This document shows positions 50,701 through 63,900 of a stretch of DNA of 64,000 bases, in pieces. How positions within the stretch are numbered: position 1 is the first letter of the stretch; each line of letters starts with the position of its first letter. Where the stretch lies: NCBI RefSeq assembly GCF_021028975.2, contig NC_059426.1, forward strand, positions 72,416,001 through 72,480,000. The letters run 5' to 3'. Below the pieces are notes generated by a model that was given only the letters and a program-made list of their open reading frames with translations, ran no database searches and was not told the DNA's origin. Origin of the DNA: Sphaerodactylus townsendi (taxonomy: Eukaryota). Position numbers and translations under genes: made by a program.

Positions 50701-52610
50701 AACAGAGAAAAAAACCTATGTAAAATTCTAAGCTCATGAAATAATCTCAGTTACAAAGTAACTGACAGTGTCACTTGCACTATGACTGCCTCAAATAATA
50801 TAACTGAATCTGGTTTTACAACATAAGATAGCTCTACTTTCCCATTCAAAAACAGAAACAGCTGCAGAGCTATTCTGAAGATTTCATCAAATTCTGTAAC
50901 AAATTCCAGGAATGGCAGCAGCAGCATTGTGCCCCCTTTTTATTTACTATACTTGTATTCCATTTTTCTACAAGACACTTACAGCCCAATCCAGATGGAG
51001 GGGAACTCTGCCAGGGATGACTCAGGGGAGGTGGCACTGAGCTGTCTCCAATGGACCCCTGGGTGGTGCAGCAAGCATTAGGAAGGGAAAAAACCACTGC
51101 TGACCTGACCTGAAAAGCTCCACTGGAACTAATGATTTACACCACCTGCTTCCATGGAATAAGTCAGAGGGCTGCATGGGGCATTCTCAGGCTGAAAGCC
51201 AAGTAGAAGCTACACACGGTTGTCTCTAGACCCAGGAATGCCCCCAGCTTCCCCCTGCCCCAGCATGCTCCCAGACACCAACGTAGCCTCCAAGCGGTGA
51301 GCCCTTCTGGGTTTAGGTGTCACACAGGTCTGTGGCACCCAACTGCTGGCACATTTGCTCTCCCTGCCCATCATGCCAGCAGAGTGGACAAATGTGTTGG
51401 TGTCCCCACACTGCTCACACATCCTATTCTGCTCCCCTCATCTGGATTGGGCCATTAGGGTGTTGTACAAATTTAGAAGACAACAAAACCTTAAAAGGCT
51501 AACAGACTGGCTGTGGGTTAGCCAAGGCAAATGTATACCTTAACACAGTAGTGGGATTCAAATAATTCAACAACTGGTTCTGGTGGTGGAATTCAAATAA
51601 TTTAACAATTGGTTGTTTACAAGCTCCATTTTAACAACCAGTTCTGCTGAAGTGGTGTGAAGCTGCTGAATCCCACCACTGCCTTAACAGTCTTTAAAGT
51701 GCCACAAGATTGCATTTTGTTTTTGCAAAACAGTATGTGCTGTTTCCAAATGCTACTAAAGTAAATAATTAAATTAGTTTATTTTTTAAAAATCAACTAT
51801 AAGAGATATAAATACTGAAATTAACTATAAGAATTACAAATACCTAAGACAATTTAGCAACTGATCAATTTCACAATGGGGTCAACCACTGAATCTCTGT
51901 TCATGGTAAAGACTCAAAACAAAAAATGTGTAAAGAACTCTATCCATCTGCTATCCTATCAAGCAAAGGCCTAAGTGGCTTGAGTACTCCCATCTTAGAT
52001 CAGGTTCACTTGCTGCTTTGTTGCCAGAAATGAAACACAAATCGGTCTAGAATGGCAATCCAGCAAACTGTTTAAGCTCCAGCCTAGTAACAGACTGCCC
52101 TCAAAAGAAGACTGTTAAGTATTTTTATTACTACTACTATATTTGTATTCCATTTTTCTCCCATCGTGAACTCAAACAAGTAAATTTAAGATTCCCAGGG
52201 GACATCCCATCCAGCTACTGAACATAAATACTTAAGTTTTACCAAGGTGGATGCATCATGTGCCCTTAAACCGTAACCCTAGTTCCCAATAAGAGCAAGT
52301 TCTTCACCCCAACCTGACTAGGCGTTCAGGGTGTGCTACTGCATCCATGCACACACCCACATTTGTTACACACGCGCCCGTATATCTGTGCATGAATGCA
52401 CGGAATCAGAAAGCCGGAGCCCGAGGAGGATTTCTCCCACCACGCAGAGGACCTCTAAGTGAATAAAACAGCAGTAGCGTCCACTTTCCCCTCCCAACTA
52501 TTGCCGCGGCCCGAAGCCGCCAGCTTTCCTCTCTCCTCCTTTCCGCCTGCTCGCGTCTACGAGCAGGAAAAAACGGGAGAAGGCCACTCACTGGAGCAGA
52601 TGAGAGACAT
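41715..52610 (-). CDS. PRPF19: Pre-mRNA-processing factor 19 (U-box/coiled-coil/WD40 E3 ligase), 504 aa; exons 52592-52610, 48780-48929, 48220-48296, 47745-47886, 47547-47620, 47392-47454, 46736-46777, 46517-46591, 45365-45440, 44945-45054, 44594-44749, 44403-44472, 44133-44218, 43554-43724, 41955-42060, 41715-41812
   Basis: [35 protein letters not shown]-box, ...[25 protein letters not shown]... WD40, ending [14 protein letters not shown]. 16 GT-AG exons sum to 1515 nt with no stops. Confidence 0.98.
42230..42890 (+). mobile_element. L1-like 3' fragment in PRPF19 intron 14
   Basis: Relic [11 protein letters not shown]...WKPFMHYL followed by a T-rich UTR and AATAAA. Confidence 0.5.
46945..47342. 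mobile_element. Non-autonomous hAT element (398 bp) with CAGGGGTAGGGAACCT TIRs
   Basis: Same termini as the palindromic MITEs; perfect TSD agctagag. Confidence 0.93.
49276..49555 (+). mobile_element. tRNA-derived SINE (Squam3-like) with (CTT)n tail
   Basis: A box tggcgtaggaggt, B box ggtttgattccc, ctctcagccccacctacc core, CTT tail. Confidence 0.8.
51546..51681. mobile_element. Non-autonomous hAT element (136 bp)
   Basis: TIRs CAGTAGTGGGATTCA / TGAATCCCACCACTG; perfect TSD ccttaaca. Confidence 0.9.
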
Positions 52611-53130
52611 GGCGAGCGCCTCCTCAGTATAAGCTCCACGGCTGCTTCCGGGCCACGCAATTGAGGGGGGGAGATTCTACTTCCGGGAGCCCCACACGGC
52701 TCCTTCGAACTCTACCACGCGCTAGACCCCAGCGCGCGCGGGAGACTCCGCCACCGAACGGAAACTCCTCCCAGCATACACTGCACGCAGTGCCGAGACT
52801 CCCATTAGCAACTTCCGGATCCGGAGACGCTATTGTGAGGATCCTAAACTACAGTTCCCGACCTGAGAGCAGACGAGTGAGGGCAGCTGTAGTCGACTGA
52901 ATAGAAATCTCTGCTTCTGGGTAATTGCCTCTATGCACACCTTAATTTGGACTACCCTTGTCGATATGCAATCGTAAGCACATTGGGAGTGCACGTAACT
53001 AAACCGAGGAAAGAGGGATGCGCTCAGAACTACAACTCCCAGCGTGCTCCAGTTTGAGTTGCAAGAACTTCGTTTCCCAGCATGCATGTGGACTTGGATC
53101 GGGATTTGAATCTCTCCGCAGAGACATAAA
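52400..53130. promoter_or_regulatory. CpG-rich bidirectional promoter of PRPF19 and TMEM109
   Basis: Local CpG enrichment. ACTACA(G/A)(T/C)TCCC ZNF143/THAP11-type motifs at 52848-52859 and 53029-53040, TTCCCAGCATGC near 53074, ETS-type CTTCCGG near 52645, 52680 and 52812. Genes diverge head-to-head. Possible TMEM109 non-coding exon donor GG|GTAATT at 52921. Confidence 0.8.
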
Positions 53131-54325
53131 GGTTTTCACTTCTGGTCTGGATAGTTTATTTCTTTGCTTCAGGCGAGGAAGAAAGAACGGGCTGGGTCCC
53201 ACTTCTTGAGTTGTCATTGTTTTCCCTTGAGGTCTGCGAATCTTTTTTTTTTCCCCTCCTGTTCAGAGCGAAGCATGTCAAGTGCCGCTGAATTCCTCGG
53301 GGAGTGGAATCGGGGGAAGTGGTGGGGCGAGATGGGGCAGAACCTATTTGCTGTGGAATTACAACTGTGTCTTAAGAGGTTGCAGAAGTTGGGATTTTTA
53401 TCCTGTAATAGGTTATCGTTTCAAAGGTTTGGAGAAGGCGGGTCTCTATTTTAGCTTGTTGTGTTGCTGTTCCCAAGACTGTAAAAAAGGAGGATTGGGA
53501 ATGGTGAACTGTGCTATAGCCCTTGTGGATTAGTCATGTAAATAACGAGTGGTATTACGGAGGGTCTCCTGGCTGGCAAAACACGTTATTAGACTCGCTT
53601 ACTATTTACTTTCAAAGTGTGCTATTTGCAATTGGGGGGGGGGGGGGCTGTTAATTGTGGAGTATCTTGCAGTATTAAAAATATGCATCTTTCTTTCTGA
53701 GTCTCAGGAAAACTGCAGTAGAAAGAAGCTGCTTTAATAATAAAGCTGCTTTTAAAATAAACTATAACAATGGTATATATGTCAATGGGCTCTCCTGAAT
53801 GTGTTTGTAGGTATATGATTGCTTCCTTAATTTAAAGGCTCTCTATGGGGTCACCCTAAGTTAGCTATGACTTCATGGCACTTTACACAGAGAGAGAGAG
53901 ATGTCTAAAAAAAAATTCCACTGATTTTGTTTCTTCCTATTAGTGAACTCCCTCTGCATTGTGATCTAGATATTGCCAGGACAATATATTTCCATTTCTG
54001 TCTCCACAATAACCACTCTTGTTTCACACAGTTGTTCACATCTCATTGCTTAGTACAGGTCACTTTGAACATTTTTTTTTCATTTCTGTGTGCATATTCA
54101 ATCCATTTTTCTTGTAGATGGAGGGTCGAGAATGGTATGATAGAGTTAATAATTCGTCCTGGATTAGGAGTCTGCATTTCTCTCTTTTGCATTTATTGTT
54201 TTGAATCATCATTCCTTGTGGTTTCTCTTTATAACTGCTGGGGTGGTGGTTTTGTAACCTAAGAATGTACATTTGTATGTCTATGATGTCATAAACATGT
54301 TTGTCATTCTTTGTAGTGTTTAGAG

Positions 54326-55035
54326 CAGGGGTCCCCAAACTTTTTAAACAGGGGGCCAGTTCACTGTCCCTCAGACTGTTGGAGGGCCGGACTAAAAAAA
54401 ACTATGAACAAATTCCTATGCACAAATGATTGTAAAATGTTTGATTTCAATTCCTTTCCAATGTTCTCTTTCTGTCATGGTCCTATTTTTTAGAGACAGT
54501 AACCAAAGTATGTCAAAATTACACCAGGGTGGGCTCCAAATGTATTGTTGGGGAGGCTGTGGAATACCTTCCCACCTGTAAAAAAAAAAAGCAGAACTTT
54601 CCCAATGAAGCATTCCATCTAACCCAGGATCAGGTATCTTCCTGGGTTCTTTCCTCCCTAGCAGCCAAAGCGAGTGATTCACCAGCCCTGGCTGGGAGTG
54701 CCAATGGGAGTGAGGTGTGGAACAGAAAGCCTGAGAGCAATACTACATGGAGTAGCCGAGGAGGGAAGGGCTGGAACAGGCGATTGCCACATGTAACAAA
54801 GTGTTTCCAACTCTGGGTCAGAAAAAATTCATGGAGATTTGGGAGTGCACCATCATGCCAATTTGCAATCAACTTAGCCAGATTTGGGGCCAGTTCCCTC
54901 CTCTTCCCCTCGAGTTCACACTGCACATGAATGGGAGCTTCATACGCCGCCATGCCTGCCTGGCAGGGTCGGGATGAAATGCACCTCTCAGGGGGGGCCA
55001 CATTTGGCCCCCGGGCCGTAGTTTGGGGACCCCTG
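54326..55035. mobile_element. Non-autonomous hAT element (OposCharlie1-like ends) with about 500 bp of internal cargo
   Basis: TIRs CAGGGGTCCCCAAACT / AGTTTGGGGACCCCTG; perfect TSD gtttagag. Confidence 0.9.
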
Positions 55036-55307
55036 GTTTAGAGTATTAGACTAGTCTTGGGGAAAGGCAGTATAAATGCCCAATAAAATAAAATCCTGTG
55101 TTCAAATAGCCACTCACCATGAAACTCATGGGTGTTCTTGGACTAGTCATTCTCTCAGTCTGTTGGACCTGTTGTGATAAAATGGAAGACTCAAGTATGT
55201 CATCCTGAATATTTTAGACAAAGTGGATGTGAACATGAGCTAAATAAATGTTCTGGAGTCTCAGATAAATGCACTGTCTTAAAACTATATTTGCAGGAAT
55301 TGACGAG

Positions 55308-58300
55308 ATGAGCAGGAGGGGTCCCTCGTTATGGTGTAGCCACCAGCTCCTGCTACGACCAACCTTTGCCATCCTGGTGTCTCTTGCTGTCTTTCATGTG
55401 GGTATGGCGAATGGCCAGCATCACCGGAGGGAACCTTGGCGAGAGAAGAATATGCAGCCTGACTTCCTGTCCAAAATTACTCGAGCAGCGAGGGAAACCT
55501 TGGAAGATATTCTTGGGCCAGATAATTTTCTCATATTGAATGAAGTAAGAAAGAAATTCCATGTTTAGTTGTTGCACAAATATGGGCTGAGCCGCATGCT
55601 TGGGAAAGAATAATCAAATGGTTCTGCCTTCCTTGGACTGAACCACTTCAGAATACAGGGAATCAATGCAATCTCTTTCCATATCAAAAAACTACCCCTG
55701 CCTATGGAAAGCTAGGATTGTAGCCAATTTGTCTTTTGCATCTGCTAGTTTTCTATAATCAGGGATTGTTAATATGAGGCTTGGATCACTTGCTTCTTCG
55801 GTGTATGAACATCTGCTAAAAGGCAGACTGACTAATATTTGCAGGTTGATGTAGGTGGTTGCATGCTCCATTTTCCTGGTTCTTTGAATTATTTATTGTT
55901 TATATCTACAGTATTCTACTGTATAGAAACTCATGTTCTGATCATGTTTATTTGAAACAAAATCTTAGTCTAATGTAAAGAAAAACCTTTTTTGGTTCCA
56001 ACATTGATAATCTATGGAAATCATCTCTGCCATTCATTCCAGACATGTGAACAGGATTACCTCTCTGCAACCAAAATAACAGAATTTTGAAGCAGCCTTT
56101 AAAGTGTTGCAGCATAAGCTTTTGTGAGCCAGAGCCTAGGTTATCACATTGTCTTTGACTAACCTTTTTTGCTCTGTCATCCATGATACATTGCTTCAGG
56201 CCTAGTTGTCTGTACTGTTATAAACCATGTTAATAACCATGGGTTATAAAGCATGCTAGAATTTCTGTTCTATCTAATTACCTTTTATTATTTACGGAGG
56301 CTGATATTTGGGACAGCAGTATAGCCAGTGGTGGGGTTCGGCCTGGTTCGGGCGAACCAGTTGTTAAGCCCCTTGATACTCCACCCTGAGAGAGGGAGAG
56401 ACAGGACAGCACTGCCAGCCCAGAAGCGCACGATCTGATCGGCAGGCTTGGCTGGCTGCAGATCGAGCTGCACACCTGCCGGGCTGCACAGCCTTCAGGA
56501 GAGGCCTACTGGTTCCTGGCTGCAGCTGGGCGCCAGCAGGCCTCCTCCCCCAAAGGCCGCGCAGCTGGCTCAGAGGCACACGGCCCAATTGGTGGCTGGC
56601 TGCCCCCCTTCCCCGTCTAGAAGGCGCAGTCAGGTAAGTGGGCAGTGGCAGGGAGCATGCGTGACAACTGGGGGTGGGGTGCGGGGAAACCGGTGGTTGA
56701 GGGATTAGAATCTCACCACCGAGTATAGCCCTGGCATGGTGTCTGTTAGAAAAACTCCTAGTTCACTGTAAGCTGTCATATAAAGTAGAGGGAAGGTAGT
56801 TTAAGAGTTAAATTCAGTCTACAGAACTACATCCTGTTTCATTGTTGCTAGCCTTTAATTGGTACATAGTTATTTTTTTACTCCATAGCTCCTGTTGTTT
56901 GTGTCCCCCTTATTTCAGCAATATTATTACAACTGAAGGAATTGCATTGTGTCACTGAGTTACTGAGACTTTAACGCTGGCAGTGATGCAATCAGGGACA
57001 TGTGGACAATCCCTATGTCTGTCCTTCCTCTCCCTACAGAATATCTCTTCCGCATTCTGGGTATTATCCTCTGGGATCTCCTCAGGTTTATTTGCCGTGG
57101 CTCGAATTGCAGGACAGTTCCTGACTTCCTTTGGCATTGATGGTAAGAGACCTTTTTGGATGGAAACAGAAGGTGTTAAACGTTGTACTTCTCCCCGCCT
57201 ATAGTCATTCCTGCTTTCTATGTGAATGATATAGGCTGCACTGTTATGCCTGCTTATTTGCAATTATCCTATCGAACTCAGTAGGAAATACTTTTAAGTA
57301 AACATGGACACAACTGCACTGTTTACCATTTCACTGTACTGGAAGCTGAGTAAAGATGTCAGAGCTGACGTATGGTGACCCCTAGGGTTTTCAAGGCAAG
57401 ATAATATTGGGAGGTGGTTTGCCATTGCCTGCCTCTCCATGGGCTGTGAGAGAGTTCTAGCTTACAAAAATCACCCTGAACCCATTTTGATGCCTAATTT
57501 TTTTTTCTCCAGCTAAACTGTCCTTTAGAATCACAGCATAACTATGTCTGCGATCCTTAAGGTATAGTCATTATGGTTTTTTCCACTGGCCATAAGACAA
57601 AGAATCACTAGGCCTATATTTCTCACACAGGAGTCCCCTGTTGCACAGCAAACTGCTCTTGGAACCTTTTGGAATGCTGTTCATTATGATAGGATGGTTG
57701 GGGTAGGGGGGCGTCGGCAGGGAGAGGTGCTGTTCATACTTCAGAAAGTCAAAAATACGATTCGATATGTCCAGCATTTTAGATATGCCTAAAATAACTT
57801 GTTAAATGCTTGCTATTGTATTTGATGAGCCTGCTTATTATTTTATCAATACCTTTCAGCAGCCTTAGGTTAACACTTTTAAATATGTCAGAGTCTGTGT
57901 TTGAAGAAAAAAGTTATAATATTGGGAAGCAAGTCCTGTGTAAGTGTATTTTAGTTGAAATCACAGGGTATTGGTTATACTTCCTTTTTTTAAAAAAGAA
58001 TATTCTGAAAATGTAAATTGTAACAATGTTTGAAAATAATTGCATCATTCAGTTCAGTTGTCAGTGTGCTGGGACTGGTGGTAGGTCTTCTTGTAACATT
58101 TGCAAGTATCTCTCAGTCTCTCGTGTGCTATGCCATAGACCTCTAGTGTCCAGTTCCTGGACAAAAGTACTTCACATTGTTAAAATAAAATGGGCATACA
58201 GTGTCCCATCTCCCCCCCCCCCCCCCCCCCCCCCGGGGCAAAAAATCCAGTTTGGGACTTGCATTGTATTCCTGATAGTAGCAACAGTCTGACTAAACTG

Positions 58301-58832
58301 TTCGATGGAGGAATGTTTCCTTTCAGCACCTTCTGATGTTTCTTCACTCTCTGCCATAATAATGAAAGCAGCACCTTATTAGATGGTGTACTTGTAATGG
58401 TTTGTAACGTAATTATTTGCTTTTCTTAACTCTATTCAGGGGATCATGCAACTCAGTTCCTGAAGCTGAGCCCTGACCAAGTGCAAACACTGCTTCTCTG
58501 GGGCCTGGCTGCTCTGATAGGCTACTGGCTGCTGTCACTGTTGCTGAATCTGGTGCTCGGCATCTTGAGCCGCATCTTGTGGGGCCTCAAGCTGGTCATC
58601 TTCATGTCCTGCTTCATGTTCATTGTCTCTATGGTGCATGATCGTTCTGTTCAACTTTCCCTTCTATTATTACTCGTACTCATGCTATATGCTCTATTGG
58701 AGGGGCCTAGGTGGAGTCACACCGCTAGAGGTACGAAACTGGAATAATAGTGCGCAGCTTGCAACAGGTAAATTAGATGAACTACAACGCAGGCAAAGGC
58801 GGTCATCTCCTAAACATTTGGATGAAGAATAA
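55308..58832 (+). CDS. TMEM109: Transmembrane protein 109 (mitsugumin-23); exons 55308-55544, 57040-57142, 58440-58832; as written it stops at 58747 (215 aa) and the native tail is frameshifted
   Basis: ...RETLEDILGPDN...; ISSAFWVLSSGISSGLFAVARIAGQFLTSFGIDGDHATQFLKLSPDQVQTLLLWGLAALIGYWLLSLLL...GLKLVIF; tail LDELQRRQRR...DEE* lies in another frame. Head-to-head with PRPF19. AATAAA 59823. Confidence 0.9.
56326..56721. mobile_element. Non-autonomous hAT element (396 bp, GC-rich interior)
   Basis: TIRs CAGTGGTGGGGTTC / GAATCTCACCACCG; perfect TSD agtatagc. Confidence 0.88.
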
Positions 58833-60479
58833 AACTTACAGGAAGCTATAATGTTCACATACCTTCTTTAAGAGGTGACTACTTTTTTCTTTGTGTATTC
58901 AATAACTGCTTCCTAGAAATAGATGTTTTCTTGTATCCTGTCTCCCACAACTATACAGGAACATGTGACCCCAGAAGGAAATTTCTGTACAGGAAAATGA
59001 ATGCACTTGACATGGTAACAGCTTCCTACTTGTCACTCTATAGACTTGTTCTTCAGGAGGGGCTCTCTCCTTCTCCATCCTAGTCCTCTCTGTTTCAGTC
59101 ACGCCTCTTTCTAAACTCACCATGCCAACCTACCTGAGTTATTTTCTGGCTGATTCTAAAAATACCATTTTGCTTCTTAAAGAATGAAAGGCCTGATGTT
59201 TGAGTGACAGTGCTACTCACTATGAAAATAGTGCACTTTTAAGTGTTTTTCCATAACCATGCCTGCCTAAGACAAGAATGGGGCATTTTGTGGTATACTT
59301 TGAGGGTCTAAATGTGTCTCAGTTGGTTTATCTAACAGCAAACCCCCTGTTCCAAGTGCCTTCCCAAAGCAAAAGGTGGCTGCTCTGTTTACAGCAGCAC
59401 CAGAGGAAATCAGAATGTTACATAAAGGTGTTGTATGTGTTTACAGAACTTTTTATCATTCAGTTCACTACAAGCCAAAGATGTCTGATGAATCTAAGAC
59501 CAGATTAAGTTTCCTTATGGACTCTAGTTCTGCAAGAGGAAATTTGATGATCCACAGCAAATAATGTTCATGTGCCTTTCCTGGTTGGAAATAAGCCATA
59601 AACCAGAGACAAAGTGAATTGAATGTACAAAGCACATCCCTCCAGATAGAGTTTATTGAGCACTACTATCAAACCCATGGTCTGAAGACTTGTGCCCTTG
59701 ATGACTGTTTTGAGGAGGCATAATGTACTACTCTGGTGTTAAACATATTAGTTGCCACTATGTATATTTTTAAAATTTTGCCAATTTTAAACCAATGGAG
59801 TATTTTGTTATATGCTTTTCCAAATAAAGGCTATTTAATGATCACCTGTTTGCTTTGGTGGTATCTTTTTTCAATTCATCCTTGTTCAGTGTGAGAGATG
59901 ATTCACAGAATAAGGTAAACTGTATGTGGAGAATTCATGATAGTTCAACTTCTAAACGGTTAGGAGTAAGATGCAATTTATGATTGGCTTGGTGACTATG
60001 AAATATTTTGAAGTTGGCAACATAAATGCTTTGGCCCTTTCATGAAATATTATCCTATGGATTTGTGTACAATTCATTGATGAATATTGACAAATTCTCC
60101 ATGGCTGCATCTACAAACAGCCTTTATCTGTACCACCATACCTTTATGCCTAGCCAGATTTTATGAAATGGTTCTGCCTCCACACACTTGTCTCTCTGGA
60201 TCGGAGCTTCTTCCTATTGTTTGCCCAGAGAGACTGAATCTGGCTCTTGTGTTGTAGCCATTTGCCAGCTCATACTGGGGAACAAATTCAGTAATGTGGG
60301 AGGGGAGAATGTAATTGAAAGTTAAGAGGAAAGAAGGAAGGGCAAGATTCAAAGAAACATTCAAGGGATCATATTCAGGCATATTTGAGATTTTATATTA
60401 CAGAGCAGTGTACATCTAAAAGGTGTTTGATGTGTTTTTTTAATCCCTCCCAACAACTAGAGCACAGACATCTACACAT

Positions 60480-60949
60480 GGGCCGTTTCCGCACGGTCAC
60501 ACTGCAGGGGTGCTTCGGCATAAATGATGCCGACGCACCCCCCTGGGACCGTTCGCATGGACAGTCCCGGTAGGAGTGGGGAAGAGCCTGTGCCGTGCCT
60601 GTGCCGTCCCCTGAATGCTGTACCATCCCTCCGGCCTTCCGGCGCGTCGGACAGGTCAGAGGACACGCCCCCTGCCCTGCATGACAGCTCTGGACCGCAG
60701 GTGTAGGTAGGCGTATCCCTATGGCCTGTGCTACATCACCTGAAGGCCGTAGAAATCGCAATGGCCTTCGAGGAAGGGGGGGGATGGCGCCTTCCAGCCG
60801 CTGCCATTTGCGTGGCAGCGGTTGGAAGCCACTGTTTCTGAAAAACCTCGCTCAGGGAGCGAGGTTCGGAAACAGCGGCTTCACGCTGCTTGGGTGTTGC
60901 GAGGCCGGTGCTGCTGCAATGCAGCAGCACCGGACATGCGAATGGTCTC
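60480..60949. mobile_element. GC/CpG-rich non-autonomous DNA transposon (possibly PIF/Harbinger-type)
   Basis: Imperfect TIRs GGGCCGTTTCCGCACG / CATGCGAATGGTCTC; internal hairpin at 60905-60933. Confidence 0.5.
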
Positions 60950-63900
60950 CCACAGATGCTGTTTTTAGCGTCCCTGGGATGCTGAATTCAGCCCATACGG
61001 AGAGGGCCATGGACTTGCTGCCTTTGGTGGACATACCTAATGCAAAGATTCATCAAGTTGCTTTATTGCAAGAGTCAGTCAGTGAGCTAGTCAGATGTTC
61101 GCTTGTCTGCGCATGTGATAAAATAATTGCATGGAATTTAAAAAGCAGGTTTGGGAAGAGAATGCTGCCCTCCTTGAATAGTACTGAATCTACGCTGTTT
61201 GTATTAGCAAGCAGTGGCTCTTCAGTGTACCATCAAATTACCACACAAACAGCATTGATTCAGGATGATACATTGGTTGTACTGTGAACGTGTCTTCAGT
61301 GGGACTCCAGTAATCCAGGCTGGTTAGTTCACACACCCAGTAGTGCAGGAAGGGCTATGCAAAGTTGTATAGTGTCTCCTGGACTGTAGGGGACTGGCTT
61401 CTGCAGTCAACACAGAGTCCTCGGCCTCTTGTACTTTCCTGCAGCTCAAGCTTTATTATTTCCAACACCCCTTCAGGCAGGAGCTGGATGACTTCACCCC
61501 ACTGAAGAGAAGACTGTGTTCTGAATCTCCACTGTTTATGATGACGTGCTAAAGAGCCACTGCTTGCTAACCCTTCTTGCTTCAAATAAATATTTGTAAA
61601 AGAGCTACTGCTATGCTGGTGGTCGTGTGAGATGGGAGTCAGGTCCTGGCTGTGGAAGGAAAGTACTGTTTATGCCCCTACATTGCTGCTGGAGCTCTCT
61701 AGCCTGATCTTAGTGTTGTTTTCTAAATAACCCTGGGGGTCATTTGCCAGATTGAAGCTGATCTTCACTTGGCAGTCTTGGGTGGATTTGCAGTGGCAGC
61801 CTCTTCTTATTTGTAGGTGGATTGTTGAAGAGCTGTTGGAATTCATTCAAATTTTAACTGTATGATAACCTATCTTGCATGTGCCCCAAACCTATGGTAA
61901 GTTTGATTTTTGAACAATAAATTAAACCTAATAATTTTGATTAGTTAGATATTTAAGTTCTAATTGTTAGTCTCAGGCTGCATCATACTCGTCTCATCCG
62001 TCAAAATGAAAGTATCATGTGACAGCAAGCAGCCAATCCCATAATATGAAAATAGCCCATTTGTTACCGTAATCTTAAACAATTGATTGTTGTGAAAGAA
62101 AGAATAATTTGACGCCCCCTAACTTTCATTTTCAGAAGTGTTGTGCTGAAATGAAAGCTTTAAAAATGTGCAAAATATACAAATGAGTTCAAATATTGAT
62201 TTTAAAGTAATAACGGAGAAAAAAGCTTGATATCCTGTGTATCCTGCTGTCACTCATATGAACTATCCAATCCTCTGGAGACAAACTGTGGTAATACACT
62301 TGTTGGGATGCTCTGATCTTCAAATACGCTTATGCTCTAATCCTCTTTCAGCTGTGCTCTTTGTTGCTCTTTTCACTTCCCTATTTCACTGTGTAACCAC
62401 CGCCCTCTTGTGTTCAATCTGCAATGCGAGTTCCAATCTGCATAACTCCTCCTTGTCCACTCACCACCCATTCCTCTTTTATCAAAACGTACTGTGCACA
62501 TCTGATGCAAAACTCAATATACTCTGTCACTAACCCCCTGCCCTGTGTGACATCTAGGCAGGTTTTGTTCTGAAATCACGGATAGGAAGGCTGCACAGTG
62601 CAACCCTGGCAGCAAAAGCGAAAGGCTTTTCCGTCCCATTCCCTTCCCAGCAATAACCAGGCTGCAGCTACAGAACAGAGATTTGCAGTCCAAGCAGGGT
62701 CAACCCAAGTTTTTTTTGTCACCCTAGGCAAACTATGACTTTGTCCTCACCATTCAATAGAAGGGAAATTAACCTTTTGTTTACTGATCATTCAGAACAA
62801 ACAATGTAAAAATAAAAATGGGTAAGCTCTTCCAAGTGCTTTTCATTCTCCTTTATGGCAGCTACAGAAGGACCAGAGTCAATGCCAGGCTTCCTTTCAA
62901 GCCACCACTGCAGTACACAGTCTGCAGGGCCGATCTGCCTTGGGGGGGGGGGGGGGGCATGGTCTTAGCAGCAGCGGCCCAGGCAGCAGCAGCTCTACTT
63001 ACTGGGCTATTGGGTGGTGATGGCAACTGTTGCTTGATCAAGGCATGGAGGAGCAAGTGAAAGTAAGATGGCAGATGGGCAGTGGCTTCCCTTCAAGAGA
63101 AAGTCAGGAAAGAGGAGATTCCACTCTTCTTTCTTTTTTTCCTTTTTGCAGAAGAAAAGTTCCTCTAGCTATGCTACTGGAACTATTGGAATGTCCAGCT
63201 GGAAAAGAAACTCCATGAATCCCATTAATTTTAGACCATAGAACAGCAAATAGATTCCTCTCTCAAATGTCCATTTGCCTTTTATGTTCCCTGTTTACTG
63301 CTGTGTTGGAAAAGATTTTCTGCCTCTGGGTTTTTATCGTCACCATTTTGTGTTAGTGGATCTGGTAATTTCTGATTGAATTTATTTTTGATGAAGATTC
63401 TCAAAAGCGCTGTATTGGCAGTCTTTAGTTAGTATTTGTTGTTGTTTTACTGTGGCTGTAACTCAACAACCAGCCAAGAATACTTGGGCCAGCTGAAACC
63501 ACAGGCTTCAGCTTGCTTAAATCTCTTAAAATAATTTGAACAGAAGTCTGTGTCAGATGGCCTTTTCTCGTTGTTCTAACTGTGGGAATAGGGATGGAAT
63601 CTGCCTGCCTTAAACAGATGTAGAAGGAATAAAAGTAGAAGCAAAGGAGACAACTGTGAGGTACAGTGCTATGCTCTTGGAAGGATAAGGAACCAAAATC
63701 TTCCTTCAACCTTGACACTGAAAAATGGCCAGACAATTGCTTCCACTGCCTGTTTTTCCACTCTCTCCTCCTTGTACGAGGTTGGCACTGAGAAAGAAAG
63801 CATCTGCTGAAAACAACACAGATGAATGATGCTAATTTAGCATTTGCACTGTGAGCAACCATACAGTTAATATTCATACATAAATCATATTGTATGTAAA

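Noticed and set aside
60721-61287. 188-aa ORF
   Set aside because: It starts inside a GC-rich transposon and has no protein-family features.
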